Shown here: in pieces, positions 13,427 through 27,409 of the stretch
Position numbering within the stretch: the first letter of the stretch is position 1
How the letters are laid out: each line of letters opens with the position of its first letter
Made by a program: the position numbers and the translations under genes
The notes under the pieces: generated by a model
Databases searched by the model: none
What the model was told of the DNA's origin: nothing
The model's input: the letters and a program-made list of their open reading frames with translations, nothing else
Assembly (NCBI GenBank): GCA_002269645.1
Contig: NIVC01000037.1
Coordinates: 620,001-684,000 of the forward strand
Direction of reading: 5' to 3'
DNA length: 64,000 bases
Source: Macrostomum lignano
Lineage: Eukaryota

Positions 13427-16400
13427 CTACTCCCCTCGGCTCGTCAGCCGCCGCCGCAGTTCGCGGGTCAGAAGTTGCTTCTCCTTTCGCACCTTGTCCA
13501 GCAGGCCCCGGTTCTCGCAGGCGCGCCGGCCCAGATAAGGCAGGACCTCGCTCACGGCGCCGTACGGCACGTACTTGTACACCGAGTACCCCTTCTGGCC
13601 TATCGAGTTGTTCGCGGGTAAATTTGTTTTTACATTGTCGCTAAGCAATATTCAAGGCAAATAAATTTATGTATTAAAAGTTTCGCAGACTCACCAAGCG
13701 GAAAGCTCATGTGGTCGCACATGCCGAGCAGCTGGCCAAAGCAGATTAGCTTGTCAGATGGGTACACATCGTACTCCTTCATCCTGAAAGTATAGGTTAA
13801 AGAAAGCGCTAGTGCTAGTCATCTTGTAAATATCAGACACTCTTCTGGCGAGAAAAATTCCTCAAAAATATCAATCAGGAAGGGTAGCAAATTTTTAATT
13901 ATTCTGCATCCTTCCTTGCTACTGAACTGAAATAAGACTGCTTTACAAAGCATATATCCTGATGTAAATTCTACTTAGGTCTATAAACGACCCAGACCCT
14001 AGGTAAATTAGGAAAGAAGCGACTCTGAAACGACTCTGGGGAGCTTCTATAATGACTCTACGGCCGCAGAGTTGTGTCTGAGGCGTGCTAGAATCGCTGA
14101 GTTGCGTTTAAAAAGCATCTGCGTCACTTCATGAATTAGAATCGCATTTCGCATTTATAACGATTTTATTTAGTCTACTTAAGTGAGTGAAAAGTTCACC
14201 GCTAACAAAATAGCTCTTGGACGACTTCTTTACGAATCTTACGGTTCAACAACTCAAGTGATGCGCTCGTGACTCAACAGTCGCCTCTCCGCGTTGCAGT
14301 GCAGTGGTTTGAGTCGTCAAAAAGTCACAAGAGTAGCCCAAGAGTCACTAGTGAGTTTTTTGTAGTGACTTTTTAGCGATTCTTGTCCCGGTAACATTTT
14401 CTTCGGGCTTGCCTAAGTGGCCCATCTAGTTATTTTAGTACGAGCTACCTGTGGTCGCCAGTAATACTTTTCTCCAGAATTCTAAAAACTTGTCAAGCCA
14501 CCTCAGACCAAACACTAGAGAGAAGGTGTGAAATCGAAAATTTTGAGCTAAAAAAACAAAAAATTCCAATCTCGCTAACGCATTCTGAACCGTTATTATG
14601 ACTTTAAAAAATATTTTCTCAAATTTCGAAACATCTTGTTCTCTTAAATACAGCGGTCCTTATGCCTTTACCCCGATCGTCTCACTCACTTCTTGACGGT
14701 AAATCGCACCGTGTCCTCATTGTGTGTGGCCACCATAACAGCGATTTTGCCTTTCTCACGTCGGCTGATGGACTGGAACACTTCGTCAAGTACATTGTGA
14801 TACATCTGGTTGGTCGCCTCGTAGGTGGGGTTGATAGGGTCCTCGTATTTAAGACTACTCGCTCGCTCTCTCTCCTGGTTCATGTAGGCGCCTCGGACAA
14901 GTTTGGCGCCGAAGTAGAAGTCCTCTTTCTCTGCCAGGTTCAAGTCTGTCCGGGCCATGTCTAGGGCCGACTAGAGGTTTTGGTTAAAAGAAGAATGGGG
15001 GGAATGATTTATATGTAAACAGGCAGACTGCGGCAACTAAAGAACACTTAAAGAGTTCATTAGCTACTTCATACGTAATTTGAAAGTGAAATTTACTGTA
15101 GGCAGTTTGCCTCTTAGCAGCTGGTAGAGGAGCTCAGGCAGGACGGGCCGCAGCGCTGCAGGTTGCGCAACGTCGGCTTTGGCAAGTCTCTAGTCGGCTC
15201 CCGTCGCCTAAAGCAAAGCGACACTGCGATGATGCCGAGATAGAGACCAGGTGAATATGGTATTGCGTCCCTCCTCACCTTGAGGTAGCACTGGTAGGTG
15301 TTGAACACGACATTCCTTTGCTTGTTGTACTTCCGCATCAACTCCATGGTGATGCGCCGGATGGCGGGCTGGAAGTAGCTCTGCTCGGCGTCTATCATCA
15401 CCCGGACTTCACGGTCGATTGCGTGCTGGAAAAAAGAAGCACTTTCAATTCAACTCAAAACTAGAACGACAAGCCAGTCATAGCGTCGATAGTATGTTTC
15501 AGAAACAGCTGTCAGATTGTGAACGAGAATAGCAAAAGTTATTAGTGTGATAGCATGTACTTGTTCACGCGTAAAAACCATTCCAGTGAAACGATGAGAC
15601 AGCCCACCGCCCACCTTACCTTCACAATAGTGTCAGTTCGATGCAGCATCTGCCTCAGCTCTTCCTGACCTTCCTCGGAAAGAACCGGCACAATTTGTTC
15701 CACATTTCCTGTCTGAAAGGCCGTATTGTTGAGTCGAAAAATTATCAGATTGACTCTGCCAAATCTGACATAGGTTTCACATCGCAGTATGAAAATCGAT
15801 GTATTTTCATATAGAGATAGTTTGAGATTATGAACAGTTGTGGCAAAACCAGGGATCGAAATGTGTTTTAAACAGTTCGATAAGTTACAAGCCAGAGCAA
15901 GCACGCTTACCACAAGACTTTTAACTTTGAAGATCTTGGCCAGATCCTGCCTTGCCTCCACGAGATTCTCCCAAGCCAACAGGTCCGCGGAGCTGAATCA
16001 ATTAGGAGGTTTGGATTTGTATTAACGAGACAGCTTACTCACAAGTAGAGAGCGGAGAGGGTATTTTGGTACAATAATAAATACACGCAGAAAACCTACC
16101 CTTCCTCTTTCTTCTGCAGAATGCTGAGCCACTGCACATCGTCGTCGTAGGCAAAGTCCACGCCGAGGTTTTTCAACCGCTGACGGAAAAATTCCTTGTC
16201 AACTTTTCCAGCGAGAGAGGGCACCTCGCTTGGGTTGTGCATGAAGTCGAAGAACCGCTGCGCTTGGACCAGAATGTTGGAGATTTGCAGCTGCGGAGAA
16301 GTTACCGATGAGGGTGCTTGGCAGTCAAGTTAAGTCAAGCTTTCAGTGCTGGCTGGTTTAACACACCGCTAACTAAACTGTCACTCCTCCCCGCTAACTA

Positions 16401-19400
16401 AACTGTCACTCCTCACCGCTAACTAAACTGTCACTCCTCACCGCTAACTAAACTGTCACTCCTCCCCGCTAACTAAACTGTCACTCCTCACCGCTAACTA
16501 AACTGTCACTCCTCCCCGCTAACTAAACTGTCACTCCTCACCGCTAACTAAACTGTCACTCCTCACCGTCAACTAAACTGTCACTCCTCACCGCTAACTA
16601 AACTGTCACTCCTCACCGCTAACTAAACTGTCACTCCTCACCGCTAACTAAACTGTCACTCTTCACCGCTAACTAAACTGTCACTCCTCACCGCTAACTA
16701 AACTGTCACTCCTCACCGCTAACTAAACTGTCACTCCTCACCGCTAACTAAACTGTCACTCCTCCCCGCTAACTAAACTGTCACTCCTCACCGCTAACTA
16801 AACTGTCACTCCTCACCGCTAACTAAACTGTCACTCCTCACCGCTAACTAAACTGTCACTCCTCCCCGCTAACTAAACTGTCACTCCTCACCGCTAACTA
16901 AACTGTCACTCCTCACCGCTAACTAAACTGTCACTCCTCACCGCTAACTAAACTGTCACTCCTCACTGCTAACTAAACTGTCACTCCTCCCCGCTAACTA
17001 AACTGTCACTCCTCACCGCTAACTAAACTGTCACTCCTCCCCGCTAACAAAACTGTCACTGATCATAGGAGATTATTACGTTATTAATTTTAATCAAAGA
17101 TAAGTTTAAAAAGTTGCTCAAATCAAAACTTAAGTGAAAACACGGCTCACCAAAAGCTGCGGTCGACCCAGGGCAGTCAACTTGATTGCTGCCATGCCTT
17201 CCTTTCTGGTGCTGTCAGACACTGAGTCGATGCACTTGAGAAAGATATCCATGTGGTTGTCGCACTGCCGCTCGCTCTCATAGTAGTAGGTCTTGGCCGA
17301 GATGACATTGCTAGACCGGTTGGCAAATTCCAAGTGCGGCTGGAACTTTGGAACAGCAGCCGCTGCCAGCTTGCCGTCTCGAGTGGTGACGTTCTCGGCG
17401 AACACAACCTCGCTCTCTCTGCAGGGAGTTTCAGCCAGTTAGAGATGCTGTAATGCTTCATCATACGGTAGGGACTTGTTAAAAAATAGGGCTCCGAGAC
17501 CTTTAGTCCGAAAATTTCAAAGATGGCGTTCAAAATGATTGAAACTTTCCCGAAATTTGCTTTTACAAAATATTGGAATTCAGGCGGCAAGTAAAATTTT
17601 AGTATTTAATAAGAAGTCTAGTTTATAAGTGTAGAAATTGATCTGTGCTTTCAGTGTCACAAGAGCTAAATATGTCAATCAATTTCTAATTTTAAATGCT
17701 TCCAATTTTCGGAAGAGGCGTCCATCGGACAAAATGTCCATCCAATATAATGCCAATGTCTGTCGGACGAAATTTCATAGAACAAAACAAACAAGACTGA
17801 GAATATTCGAAGCCCTTACTCAACGACTTTCTCCTTGGCCTCTTCCTCGGAGAGGTCCTGCTCAGCCGAGTAGTCCAGTATGGCCTTGACTCCAAATGCT
17901 CGGTTGCGCTCAATCAACGGTTTGATGGCGGCCTGATTCTCGCCGCCAACGAACTGTCCGTAGAAAGTCATCTTCATCAGCTTCTCAAACAGGCGCTTGC
18001 CGAGCAGCTTCCGCGACAGGTGCATCACCTGCGTGCGACAGGCAGTGGGCGTTGCAGACAGTATGGAGAGAACGGAAATAGAGATACTCCTGCATCAGCT
18101 CCCACTACGAGTAAACTGTCACTCTTCACTGCCAACTAAACTGTCACTCCTCACCGCTAACTAAACTGTCACTCTTCACTGCCAACTAAACTGTCACTCT
18201 TCACTGTCAACTAAACTGTCACTCTTCACTGTCAACTAAACTGTCACTCCTCACCGCTAACTAAACTGTCACTCTTCACTGCCAACTAAACTGTCACTCC
18301 TCACCGCTAACTAAACTGTCACTCTTCACTGCCAACTAAACTGTCACTCTTCACTGTCAACTAAACTGTCACTCTTCACTGTCAACTAAACTGTCACTCC
18401 TCACCGCTAACTAAACTGTCACTCTTCACTGTCAACTAAACTGTCACTCCTCACCGCTAACTAAACTGTCACTCTTCACTGCCAACTAAACTGTCACTCT
18501 TCACTGTCAACTAAACTGTCACTCCTCACTGCCAACTAAATTGTCACTCCTCACCGCTAACTAAACTGTCACTCTTCACTGCCAACTAAACTGTCACTCC
18601 TCACTGCCAACTAAACTGTCACTCCTCACTGCTAACTAAACTGTCACTCCTCACCGCTAACTAAACTGTCACTCTTCACCGCTAACTAAACTGTCACTCC
18701 TCACCGCTAACTAAACTGTCACTCTTCACTGCCAACTAAACTGTCACTCTTCACTGCCAACTAAACTGTCACTCCTCACTGCTAACTAAACTGTCACTCT
18801 TCACTGCCAACTAAACTGTCACTCCTCACCGCTAACTAAACTGTCACTCTTCACTGCCAACTAAACTGTCACTCTTCACTGCCAACTAAACTGTCACTCT
18901 TCACTGCCAACTAAACTGTCACTCTTCACCGCTAACTAAACTGTCACTCCTCACCGCTAACTAAACTGTCACTCTTCACTGCCAACTAAACTGTCACTCT
19001 TGACTGCCAACTAAACTGTCACTCCTCACTGCCAACTAAACTGTCACTCCTCACTGCCAACTAAACTGTCACCCTCACCGCTAACTAAACTGTCACTCTT
19101 CACTGCCAACTAAACTGTCACTCCTCACTGCTAACTAAACTGTCACTCCTCACCGCTAACTAAACTGACACTCCTCACTGCTAACTAAACTGTCACTCTT
19201 CACTGCCAACTAAACTGTCACTCCTCACTGCCAACTAAACTGTCACTCCTCACCGCTAACTAAACTGTCACTCCTCACCGCTAACTAAACTGTCACTCCT
19301 CACCGCTAACTAAACTGTCACTCCTCACCGCTAACTAAACTGTCACTCTTCACTGCCAACTAAACTGTCACTCTTGACTGCCAACTAAACTGTCACTCCT

Positions 19401-21697
19401 CACTGCCAACTAAACTGTCACTCCTCACTGCCAACTAAACTGTCACCCTCACCGCTAACTAAACTGTCACTCTTCACTGCCAACTAAACTGTCACTCCTC
19501 ACTGCTAACTAAACTGTCACTCCTCACCGCTAACTAAACTGACACTCCTCACTGCTAACTAAACTGTCACTCTTCACTGCCAACTAAACTGTCACTCCTC
19601 ACTGCCAACTAAACTGTCACTCCTCACCGCTAACTAAACTGTCACTCCTCACCGCTAACTAAACTGTCACTCCTCACCGCTAACTAAACTGTCACTCCTC
19701 ACTGCCAACTAAACTGTCACTCCTCACCGCTAACTAAACTGTCACTCCTCACCGCTAACTAAACTGTCACTCCTCACCGCTAACTAAACTGTCACTCCTC
19801 ACCGCTAACTAAACTGTCACTCCTCACCGCTAACTAAACTGTCACTCCTCACTGCTAACTAAACTGTCACTCTTCACTGCCAACTAAACTGTCACTCCTC
19901 ACCGCTAACTAAACTGTCACTCCTCACCGCTAACTAAACTGTCACTCCTCACCGCTAACTAAACTGTCACTCCTCACCGCTAACTAAACTGTCACTCTTC
20001 ACCGCAGCAACTGTCACGGGAGAATGGAAAAAATGGTCAAAGATTAAAAATTTGTTAGGAAACTCGGTATAAATAGATAATCTGCAGTGACCTTCTCGTG
20101 TACGAATTCTAAGATTCTGAGGAGTAGTTGGTCCTCCACATCATGGAGCATGATCTCCTTGACAACAGGGTGAGGGAAGGAGAGGGGCAGAAGTCATAGC
20201 AAAGCTTGTGAGAGTTGCTGACTCACAAAAATAATGGTTTGGATTCTCCTGTCCCCCAGCTGGTCATGCATCAGCAGATTCCATTAGGGGCCACTAGGAC
20301 TATAATGATTACATGTAATAGGTGGATTATATATAGCTAGCAGCAAATTGTGTTAAATGTATAATATGGGAGTATCATTTTAATCCAAGGAGACTAGTAA
20401 TCTCAAGTGGCTTTCTAATCTTTGAAGCATCTACCTTACGTGTAATCCATCTCCCGTATCTCCCTAACCTGTCCGGAGTTTACCTCATCTGTCTAATCTC
20501 TCCAGTATTTCCTTAACCTTTCCGGAGTCTACCTCATCTGTCTAATCTCTCCCGCATCTCCCTAACATGTCCGGAGTCTACCTCATCTGTTGAATCTCTC
20601 CCGCATCTCCCTAACATGTCCGGAGTCTACCTCATCTGTTGAATCTCTCCCGCATCTCCCTAACATGTCCGGAGTCTACCTCATCTGTCTAATCTCTCCA
20701 GTATCTCCCTAACCTGTCCGGAGTCTACCTCATCTGTCTAATCTCTCCCATATCTCCCTAACCTGTCCGGAGTCTACCTCATCAGTCTAATCTCTCCCGT
20801 ATCTCCCTAACCTGTCCGGAGTTTACCTCATCTGTCTAATCTCTCCAGTATCTCCTTAACCTTTCCGGAGTCTACCTCATCTGTCTAAATCTCTCCCGTA
20901 TCTCCCTAACCTGTCCGGAGTCTACCTCATCTGTCTAATCTCTCCAGTATCTCCCTAACCTGTCCGGAGTCTACCTCATCTGTCTAATCTCTCCCGTATC
21001 TCCCTAACCTGTCCGGAGTCTACCTCATCTGTCTAATCTCTCCAGTATCTCCCTAACCTGTCCGGAGTCTACCTCATCTGTCTAAATCTCTCCCGTATCT
21101 CCCTAACCTGTCCGGAGTCTACCTCATCTGTCTAATCTCTCCCGTATCTCCCTAACCTGTCCGGAGTCTACCTCATCTGTCTAATCTCTCCAGTATCCAG
21201 CATTGTGGTAACTTAATGACAAATTTTGCCAGAAAATTCGAAGCTATGAGCTTAGAAAGAAAGTTTAAACAACTTGAACTTAAAAAGAGCCACTCTTGGC
21301 GACCGGAAATGGGCTGTGGGACCCAAATCACCCACTTCTCTAAACTCGGTCTCAGTGCTAAATTCTTTTCTTGTCTAGAGTTAAAAAAGGCTCTCACCTG
21401 CTTGTTTTTATCAACAAGCATACTGATGGAGCACATGTTGAACACGAAGACGGCTCGCATCAGCTCGGACATGCTCTTGCTCCGGAATGCCTCCTTGTAG
21501 TCGGAGAAGCTCAAGTCCAGTTCCGGATGGCTGTTCAAAGGCGCGGTTGGCACCTGCTCAGTGGCGGTCAAAGTTGTGGCGCTCTTCTCCGACGAAGCTG
21601 ACGTCGATACGGGCGACATCAGCAGCCGGTGGCAGCGGGGCCGCGCGAGAAGCCGAGCCACTCTGGGCAAATGCTGGGCCATCATTGAAGACGTCAT
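13427..21697 (-). CDS. PRODH: Mitochondrial proline dehydrogenase (proline oxidase), 10 exons, about 610 aa
   Basis: Exons 21697-21398, 18028-17820, 17418-17151, 16290-16100, 15992-15911, 15712-15620, 15425-15279, 14970-14690, 13783-13695, 13599-13427; all GT-AG, phases join into one frame (1833 nt). Motifs: [100 protein letters not shown]. Arg/Leu/Ser-rich N-terminus resembles a mitochondrial transit peptide. Start could be ATG 21697, 21685 or 21682. Confidence 0.96.
16364..17060. repeat. 25-bp minisatellite, about 28 copies, in PRODH intron 3
   Basis: Unit CCGCTAACTAAACTGTCACTCCTCA. Confidence 0.98.
18112..20017. repeat. 25-bp minisatellite, about 75 copies, in PRODH intron 1
   Basis: Same unit as 16364-17060 with variants (CTGCCAAC, CTCTTCAC); internal 374-bp higher-order duplication. 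Confidence 0.98.
20446..21197. repeat. 49-bp minisatellite, about 15 copies, in PRODH intron 1
   Basis: Unit TCTCCCTAACCTGTCCGGAGTCTACCTCATCTGTCTAATCTCTCCCGTA. Confidence 0.97.
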
Positions 21698-24600
21698 GCT
21701 GCTGCTGGTAACAGGTGGAAAAGGGCGGACTGAGGGACATTGCAAGCCGTACTTATTGCATGTAAAATGTGACGAAATAACACTTACATTCAAATAGTAA
21801 AAAATGCAGAAACACAGCGCATTGTTCAGGCAAAAATAAATCACTGTTTCTCTTTTCTTATAATAATGTTTCTAACCTTAGCGCTGTATCTTGAATTTAG
21901 AACAGTAAAAACTGGCGATGAAACGTCATCGCGGCGCTCTCTGTTTTCATTGCCTCCTCGAATAAAATTAGATACTGATCCAGTCGCCAAAGTCTGAGGC
22001 AAGGCCTTAAATAAGGTCTTAAGAAATGTTTATAGACTGGAGAGGCAGTTATAGGCTGGCTGTTCAGCCGTCTAGTTAGGGTAGTCACCCTTCCCTACAA
22101 GTGCAAGGCCTTTGGCTACTTCAATTCCATCCATCTCACCCGACTGAAAGTGCCTACATGTACATATGGATGTACAGAGTGCACCTCTACTATGCATTTG
22201 GCAGGGGGTTTGGCCATCTTTGGCATTGGTGGCGCAATAAAATGGAGCTTAGCAGCCCCCCCCCCCCCTAAGTGAAGTCCAGAGCCCACAATGATAAAAA
22301 ACAGCCTGTAGTGAATGTGAATGATTTCTCCTGTTTATATAGAACAAAAAACTTCCTAATGTGTACACTTACTTGGATTTTAATTTTGCTTCTTAGCGGA
22401 AAAACGAATGAACTGGCAAAGCACGGAGAAAAGTGAATAGGAGTCGATGGCAGTTTGAGTCTGCCAGCTGTGTCTGCAGAACAAGAGAATTCTCCTATAC
22501 TCAGAGAGCCAAACTATTGACTACAGTGTGTAACAGTCTTCTAAATCTAAATGCGAAAAGTCAGCCAACAAAGAGAGACGTGTGTACAAGAAGAGAGCGG
22601 ACAGGGGGCCAGAGAGAGGTGGGGTAGCAAATGCAATGTAGATCTACAGAGCGAATTAGCATTCTTCAATTCGAGAACATCGCGGCACAAAGTATTAAGC
22701 CCGCGGGGCGTTGTTGCATACTGAAACCCGTGAAATTCCAGTCTAAAATAGCGGCCTCTGCGCAGAGGTCGAAACTCCCACGCCGCTCTGAGCAGGCAAC
22801 CTAAACCCTGTGCAAGCGGCCCCAACCCCTGGCACGGGGCTATGCATTTGTTTAGCGCCAACCTCGAACCTCAACACGCTACAACAAGCATTGCCAAACA
22901 TACCGCAGACAGAAGCGAGTGCAGATGGGGCTTATAGGTGAGCCATTTTCTGTTAAACAGCAGGTGTACGGTATGGTGGAGAGAGACAATAACTGAACAC
23001 AATGCTGACTTCAAAGCAGAGAGCACAGAGCTGTATGATGCTAATAAATATGCTCTCATATGGTCAATAAAGCACTCACCGTTCGATGTAGATTTTATTA
23101 ATAAGAGCCAATTCAGCGAATCGCATAGTAACATAGTAATAGGAATACAATACAAAAGTTTTTATGCCCCGAAAGGTTATTTATTGAAATTAGGTTAAAA
23201 ATTAGGTTGATACTTGAATGCTTAGGCGGGCTAATTTTGGCTTTTTTACCATAGATATCAATTATGGGAAACACATTACAATTGCGTTTCTATCTGTGTG
23301 TTGGACGCTTTATAGTAACCCAAAGTTCTTTATACACATACTTTTAATCATTTTTTACACACGATAGTTTCAAACTTTGCATGTTTCTTGTATTTTCATT
23401 TGTCACATCATTTTAAGACCAATAATTTGGGACAATGACTGCCAGATGTTCATCATAGGACAGTCAAACTACAGAAAGGATATCTAAAAATGGCAATTTG
23501 CAGTTAGTGCAGCGGGAAAGTTTAGGTTTACGCACTTTAGTAAACCCGTTATTTAAGGATTCTGCTCTACAGGCTAAATGCCTCAACCAATTTTGATCGT
23601 GCTTGCTTTACGAGTAAACAATGCCAATCAGATCCTACATGTATTCCACTTATTTTTAGACATTTAATGCTTAAAACTCAACTTTTATAGCCGAGCAAAA
23701 ATGAACTGAGAATTCGTGACAATCAGGCCCGTTTTGAAACTGTTAGTCCGTGTGGGCGGCCTGAAATATTGGGCTTAGGTTTCTGCTTGCCAGTCCACTG
23801 CGAGTGCAAAGAAGCGGCGGTAGCTATGGGGCTCAAAGAAGAGTGGAAAGCAAGAAAAACAAGGCTAATATGTTATTTACTTCATAACGTATTGTTCCGA
23901 CAGCACTGGTGTACACAAGGCCCACCTCAACAAAAAAGCAACAGTGCCACAATGCAAGCGGGTGCAGAGATAGCCTTTGGTATCTTGTCTTGGGGCGGTG
24001 GGCCCAATTTTGAACTGCTCTAATTTTGAAATTCAGGTTAGCGTTTTTTAAACGCAAAAATGATAGTTTTGTTCCTATAGCATAGTCAGTCTGGAAGCCT
24101 AGAGCCTCGTTGGCGTTGAAGACTATTCCCATTGACAGCTATTTGCATTTACGTAATTTTCGTATTAGATTCGATTATTGCTTTTTGGCTTTGGAACTGG
24201 CGCTAAAAAAAACTATTTAGCAGAAAAACGTGTCATCCTAACTAGGCCCCAGTACAGATCGATAAAAATGAGTATTGCAAAATCGGTTTACAGGGGGATT
24301 TGCCTGTGGGTGGGGTCGTATCCAGACTAAAAACATGCTCGGTTCTCATGCCTCACGCCGACAACACAATTCAAGCCTTCACTTACGCAGTTTGTTTGTC
24401 CCTGCTTGCTGCTGCTGCTACTGTGGTTGCTGCTGCTGCCGCTGCTATCGGCCCTTTCCGGGGTATTGGGTTAGACGGAGGGTGCCAGGCTTAGCTGCTC
24501 TGGCAGAGCCTGCAAAGCTTTCTATATGCGTCTAGAGCGGCGCCACGGTACACGACCGGGTTTCTTCCGCTCCACCCCTCCCCTCCCTCCCCTGCCGCTC

Positions 24601-25395
24601 CGCTAGGCCTTGTCCTTCACGCCTCCTCTCTCTCCCCTCTGCAGATGGACAAGATAGGGAGAGGGAGGGGCGCGAGGGGCAGGGGGAGAGAAGGAAGGAG
24701 CAGGAGAGGGAAAGAGAGGGAGAGTCTTGTGCCCCGCCTCATCTTTTCATCTTTCTCGAAACCCCCCCCCCCGCTAGCAGTGTACAGGCCCAGACTGTAC
24801 GCTGTGTCTGCGTACGCCCCCTGTCAGAAAGCATTTTTCACTCCATCTCTCTATTCTTTCCTGCGTTCTGCGAGCAACACTGACCCAGTTTCACTCGTAT
24901 AGTGTGTGCTGCGGGTTCCTTTGCGCGAGCACGCGGGCATCCACTGTTTTTTTGCCTTTGACCACACCTCCAAACACACGGCAAGGCCATCGCGAAGTTT
25001 ACGATGCATTGCATTTACGCTGACGTAGCTAGTGGGGAATAAAACAATAGAGAAATTGAGACTCTAATTTTTCTGTTCAGTCCGAGCAAATCTGTTTGTT
25101 AGTATTGCTTTTGGCAACTCTTATCGAGTTTTCGTTGACCTTCGGGGGAAGACTTGAGACTGGAAGCATGGTAGCTACAGTATGTTTTTAAAACTGTATG
25201 CCAGCCATAGTAACGGATCCAGGCTTTTTCTCAAGAAAAATATCTATAGATTTCAAGAAACACGATGAAGGGCTAACGGTTTGGGTCAAGATTAATATCG
25301 ACCCAATCAAATATGTATATTAAAAAGATAAATGATAGATTTTCATTTTGCTTAGGTGAAGTCGTGACGTGATGCTGTGATTCTTTGTATCACTA

Positions 25396-26378
25396 TACAA
25401 GAAACAATCAAAAAGTTCAGTCACTTTCCAAACTAAAATGCAACTGTTAATCATCCTGCACTTTCTCAACAAAGTTCCCACGCAGTGATATGCACTTGGC
25501 CCAGCGCTCTGGTAGCTTCTGAATGTCCGCACCTCTTCTCTTTGAACCTCTTTCTCCTCCTTCAGCTGGTGCAGTGTGACAGGAGTCTCGCGTGACCGTC
25601 CGCTTCTCAGGCAGCTCACTCAGCAGTACTCTTTTCCGATCCCAGAAGATGGTGCCCATCCGCTTCTTCATCGATGGCACTGTCTTGGCCTCCAGCGGTG
25701 GGGGGCTCATCGGGGCGATTCCACTGCTTGCTTTGAACTTTGGTCTCCGGCTCGTACATCGATTCGACTCGACATCGACTCGTCTCCCGTCAAGACAGAG
25801 TCGAGAAACTCCTCTTGGCGGTATTTGATCAGGTGGAGCAGGTGCTGAAAAGTCTGCATCTGGAGCCAGGAGTTTCGGCACGCATATGGCACAAACCTTC
25901 AACATTCCCAGTTGGGCTGGACAGCACGCTGCCATAACTGATGCCACAGGCCTCTGCTATCTCAGCAATAGTCACTCGCCTGTCCTCGTCAAAAAGGCTC
26001 TGGACATTGGCGACGACACTCTGGCTGGTGGAGGTCCTGGGTCTGCCACTGCGAGGTTCATATTCGAAGTCACCTTCGCCTTCTTCGAAACTGTGAATCC
26101 AGCGGATCATGGTGCGATATGAAGGCGCAGACTTGAGTTCCTTTGTTGCTGTGCTCAGCCTGGCACGTATGGCTTGGCTTGAAACTGATATAGACACTCA
26201 TTGGTAGTGAAGAAAAATGTAGTAGATTCTCGAGCTAAGCAAGACTGGCTTCAAAAATCTGTTTAAGTAGGAGACATACTCGTAATTAGTCTATAGTAAC
26301 AACTACAATAAATTTAAGGAAAAGCCCTATGTGTAGAAATAATTAAGCAGTAACAGAACTTTTTGATCATCCCTCATA
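25396..26378 (-). mobile_element. Internally deleted, decayed mariner transposon
   Basis: TA-bounded TIRs TACAAGAAACAATCAAAAAGTTCAGTCAC (25396) and reverse complement TATGAGGGATGATCAAAAAGTTCTGTTAC (26378). Transposase pieces RW..SFEEG..D.EYEPRSGRP, DRRVTIAEIAE, CVPKLL, VLTGDES, KRMGTIFWD, LPERWAKCISLRGNFVEK; the HDNA and YSPDL regions are missing. Confidence 0.88.
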
Positions 26379-27409
26379 ATCAACCTGAGCATGACTATGA
26401 ATACTCACCACAAAGCATGCTGAATACGAAACAAAAAAGTGAGTGAATTTCAGCGACAAGTGGTTTTCCCATTTCATACAGTTTCTGTTCAACTGCTAAC
26501 AAGTTGGGAGGTCAAGCGCAAACTCTAGCCATGAAATAACCATTTAGAAAGTAGCTAAGCAGGCACCAAGAACTAGCATTCACACAAAGCACAAAAAGCT
26601 GCGTAGGATGACGAAAGCGGCTTGTGCAACTTTTAACTCAGTGCATGGCCGATTCCATGCACGCAACTGGCCACTCCGCGCGAGTGGGGTAATTTGTTGC
26701 ACAACCAACTCAATCCAGAAGATTCGAACCCCTATATTTGACACCAATTTCGACTCCAGGACAAAGGCACCAAAATTGTCTAATTTTCTCTAGAACAAGG
26801 TCAATTTTACCAAAGAGAAAAAGAGAGAAAAATCTTCTTCGAAAAAGCAAATTTGACAAATGATCCTCACCGTCTGGACTTGCGAACGGCAAAAGGCAGT
26901 GTGTGCTGGATGCAGACTAATTCACTAGCACCAGCGGATTTAATTGACTTTTGTTAAGTTAAGTTAAGAGCCTACACAGCAAAGAGAGGTTGGGCCATAG
27001 ACAACAACTAAACCTGCCGTTTATAGCCACAGAGTTTTGTCAGAGACGGGAGCTGAGCCAGTGAAGTTCACTTCCTGTTTTCCTGTTTAAGTGTAGACTT
27101 ACAGAATTGTTGCACAATCAAAATCAGCCTTACGAGCAATCTATCTCAGGCACAAACACACATGCTCTGTGTCCTTTCTTTAAGGGTTTGTCAATAAATT
27201 ATTTGGCTTGTCATGTACACTCAGAACTGCATAATAGGGTGACTTCAAGTCCGTGGCATTGAAATACATGTAAACCTTTTGGATGAGTTCCAGAATCCTC
27301 TGAATTAACAGATTAAAAAATAAATCCTTATAAATATGAGTAGACAAAAATGTCTATGGCCAAAATTATCAGTACTTATTAATTGTTTCTGTGAGATTGC
27401 TGTTCGTTT

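Noticed and set aside
16364-21197. CRISPR-like appearance of regular 25-bp and 49-bp repeats
   Set aside because: Units are contiguous with no unique spacers, there are no cas genes, and the context is a eukaryotic intron.
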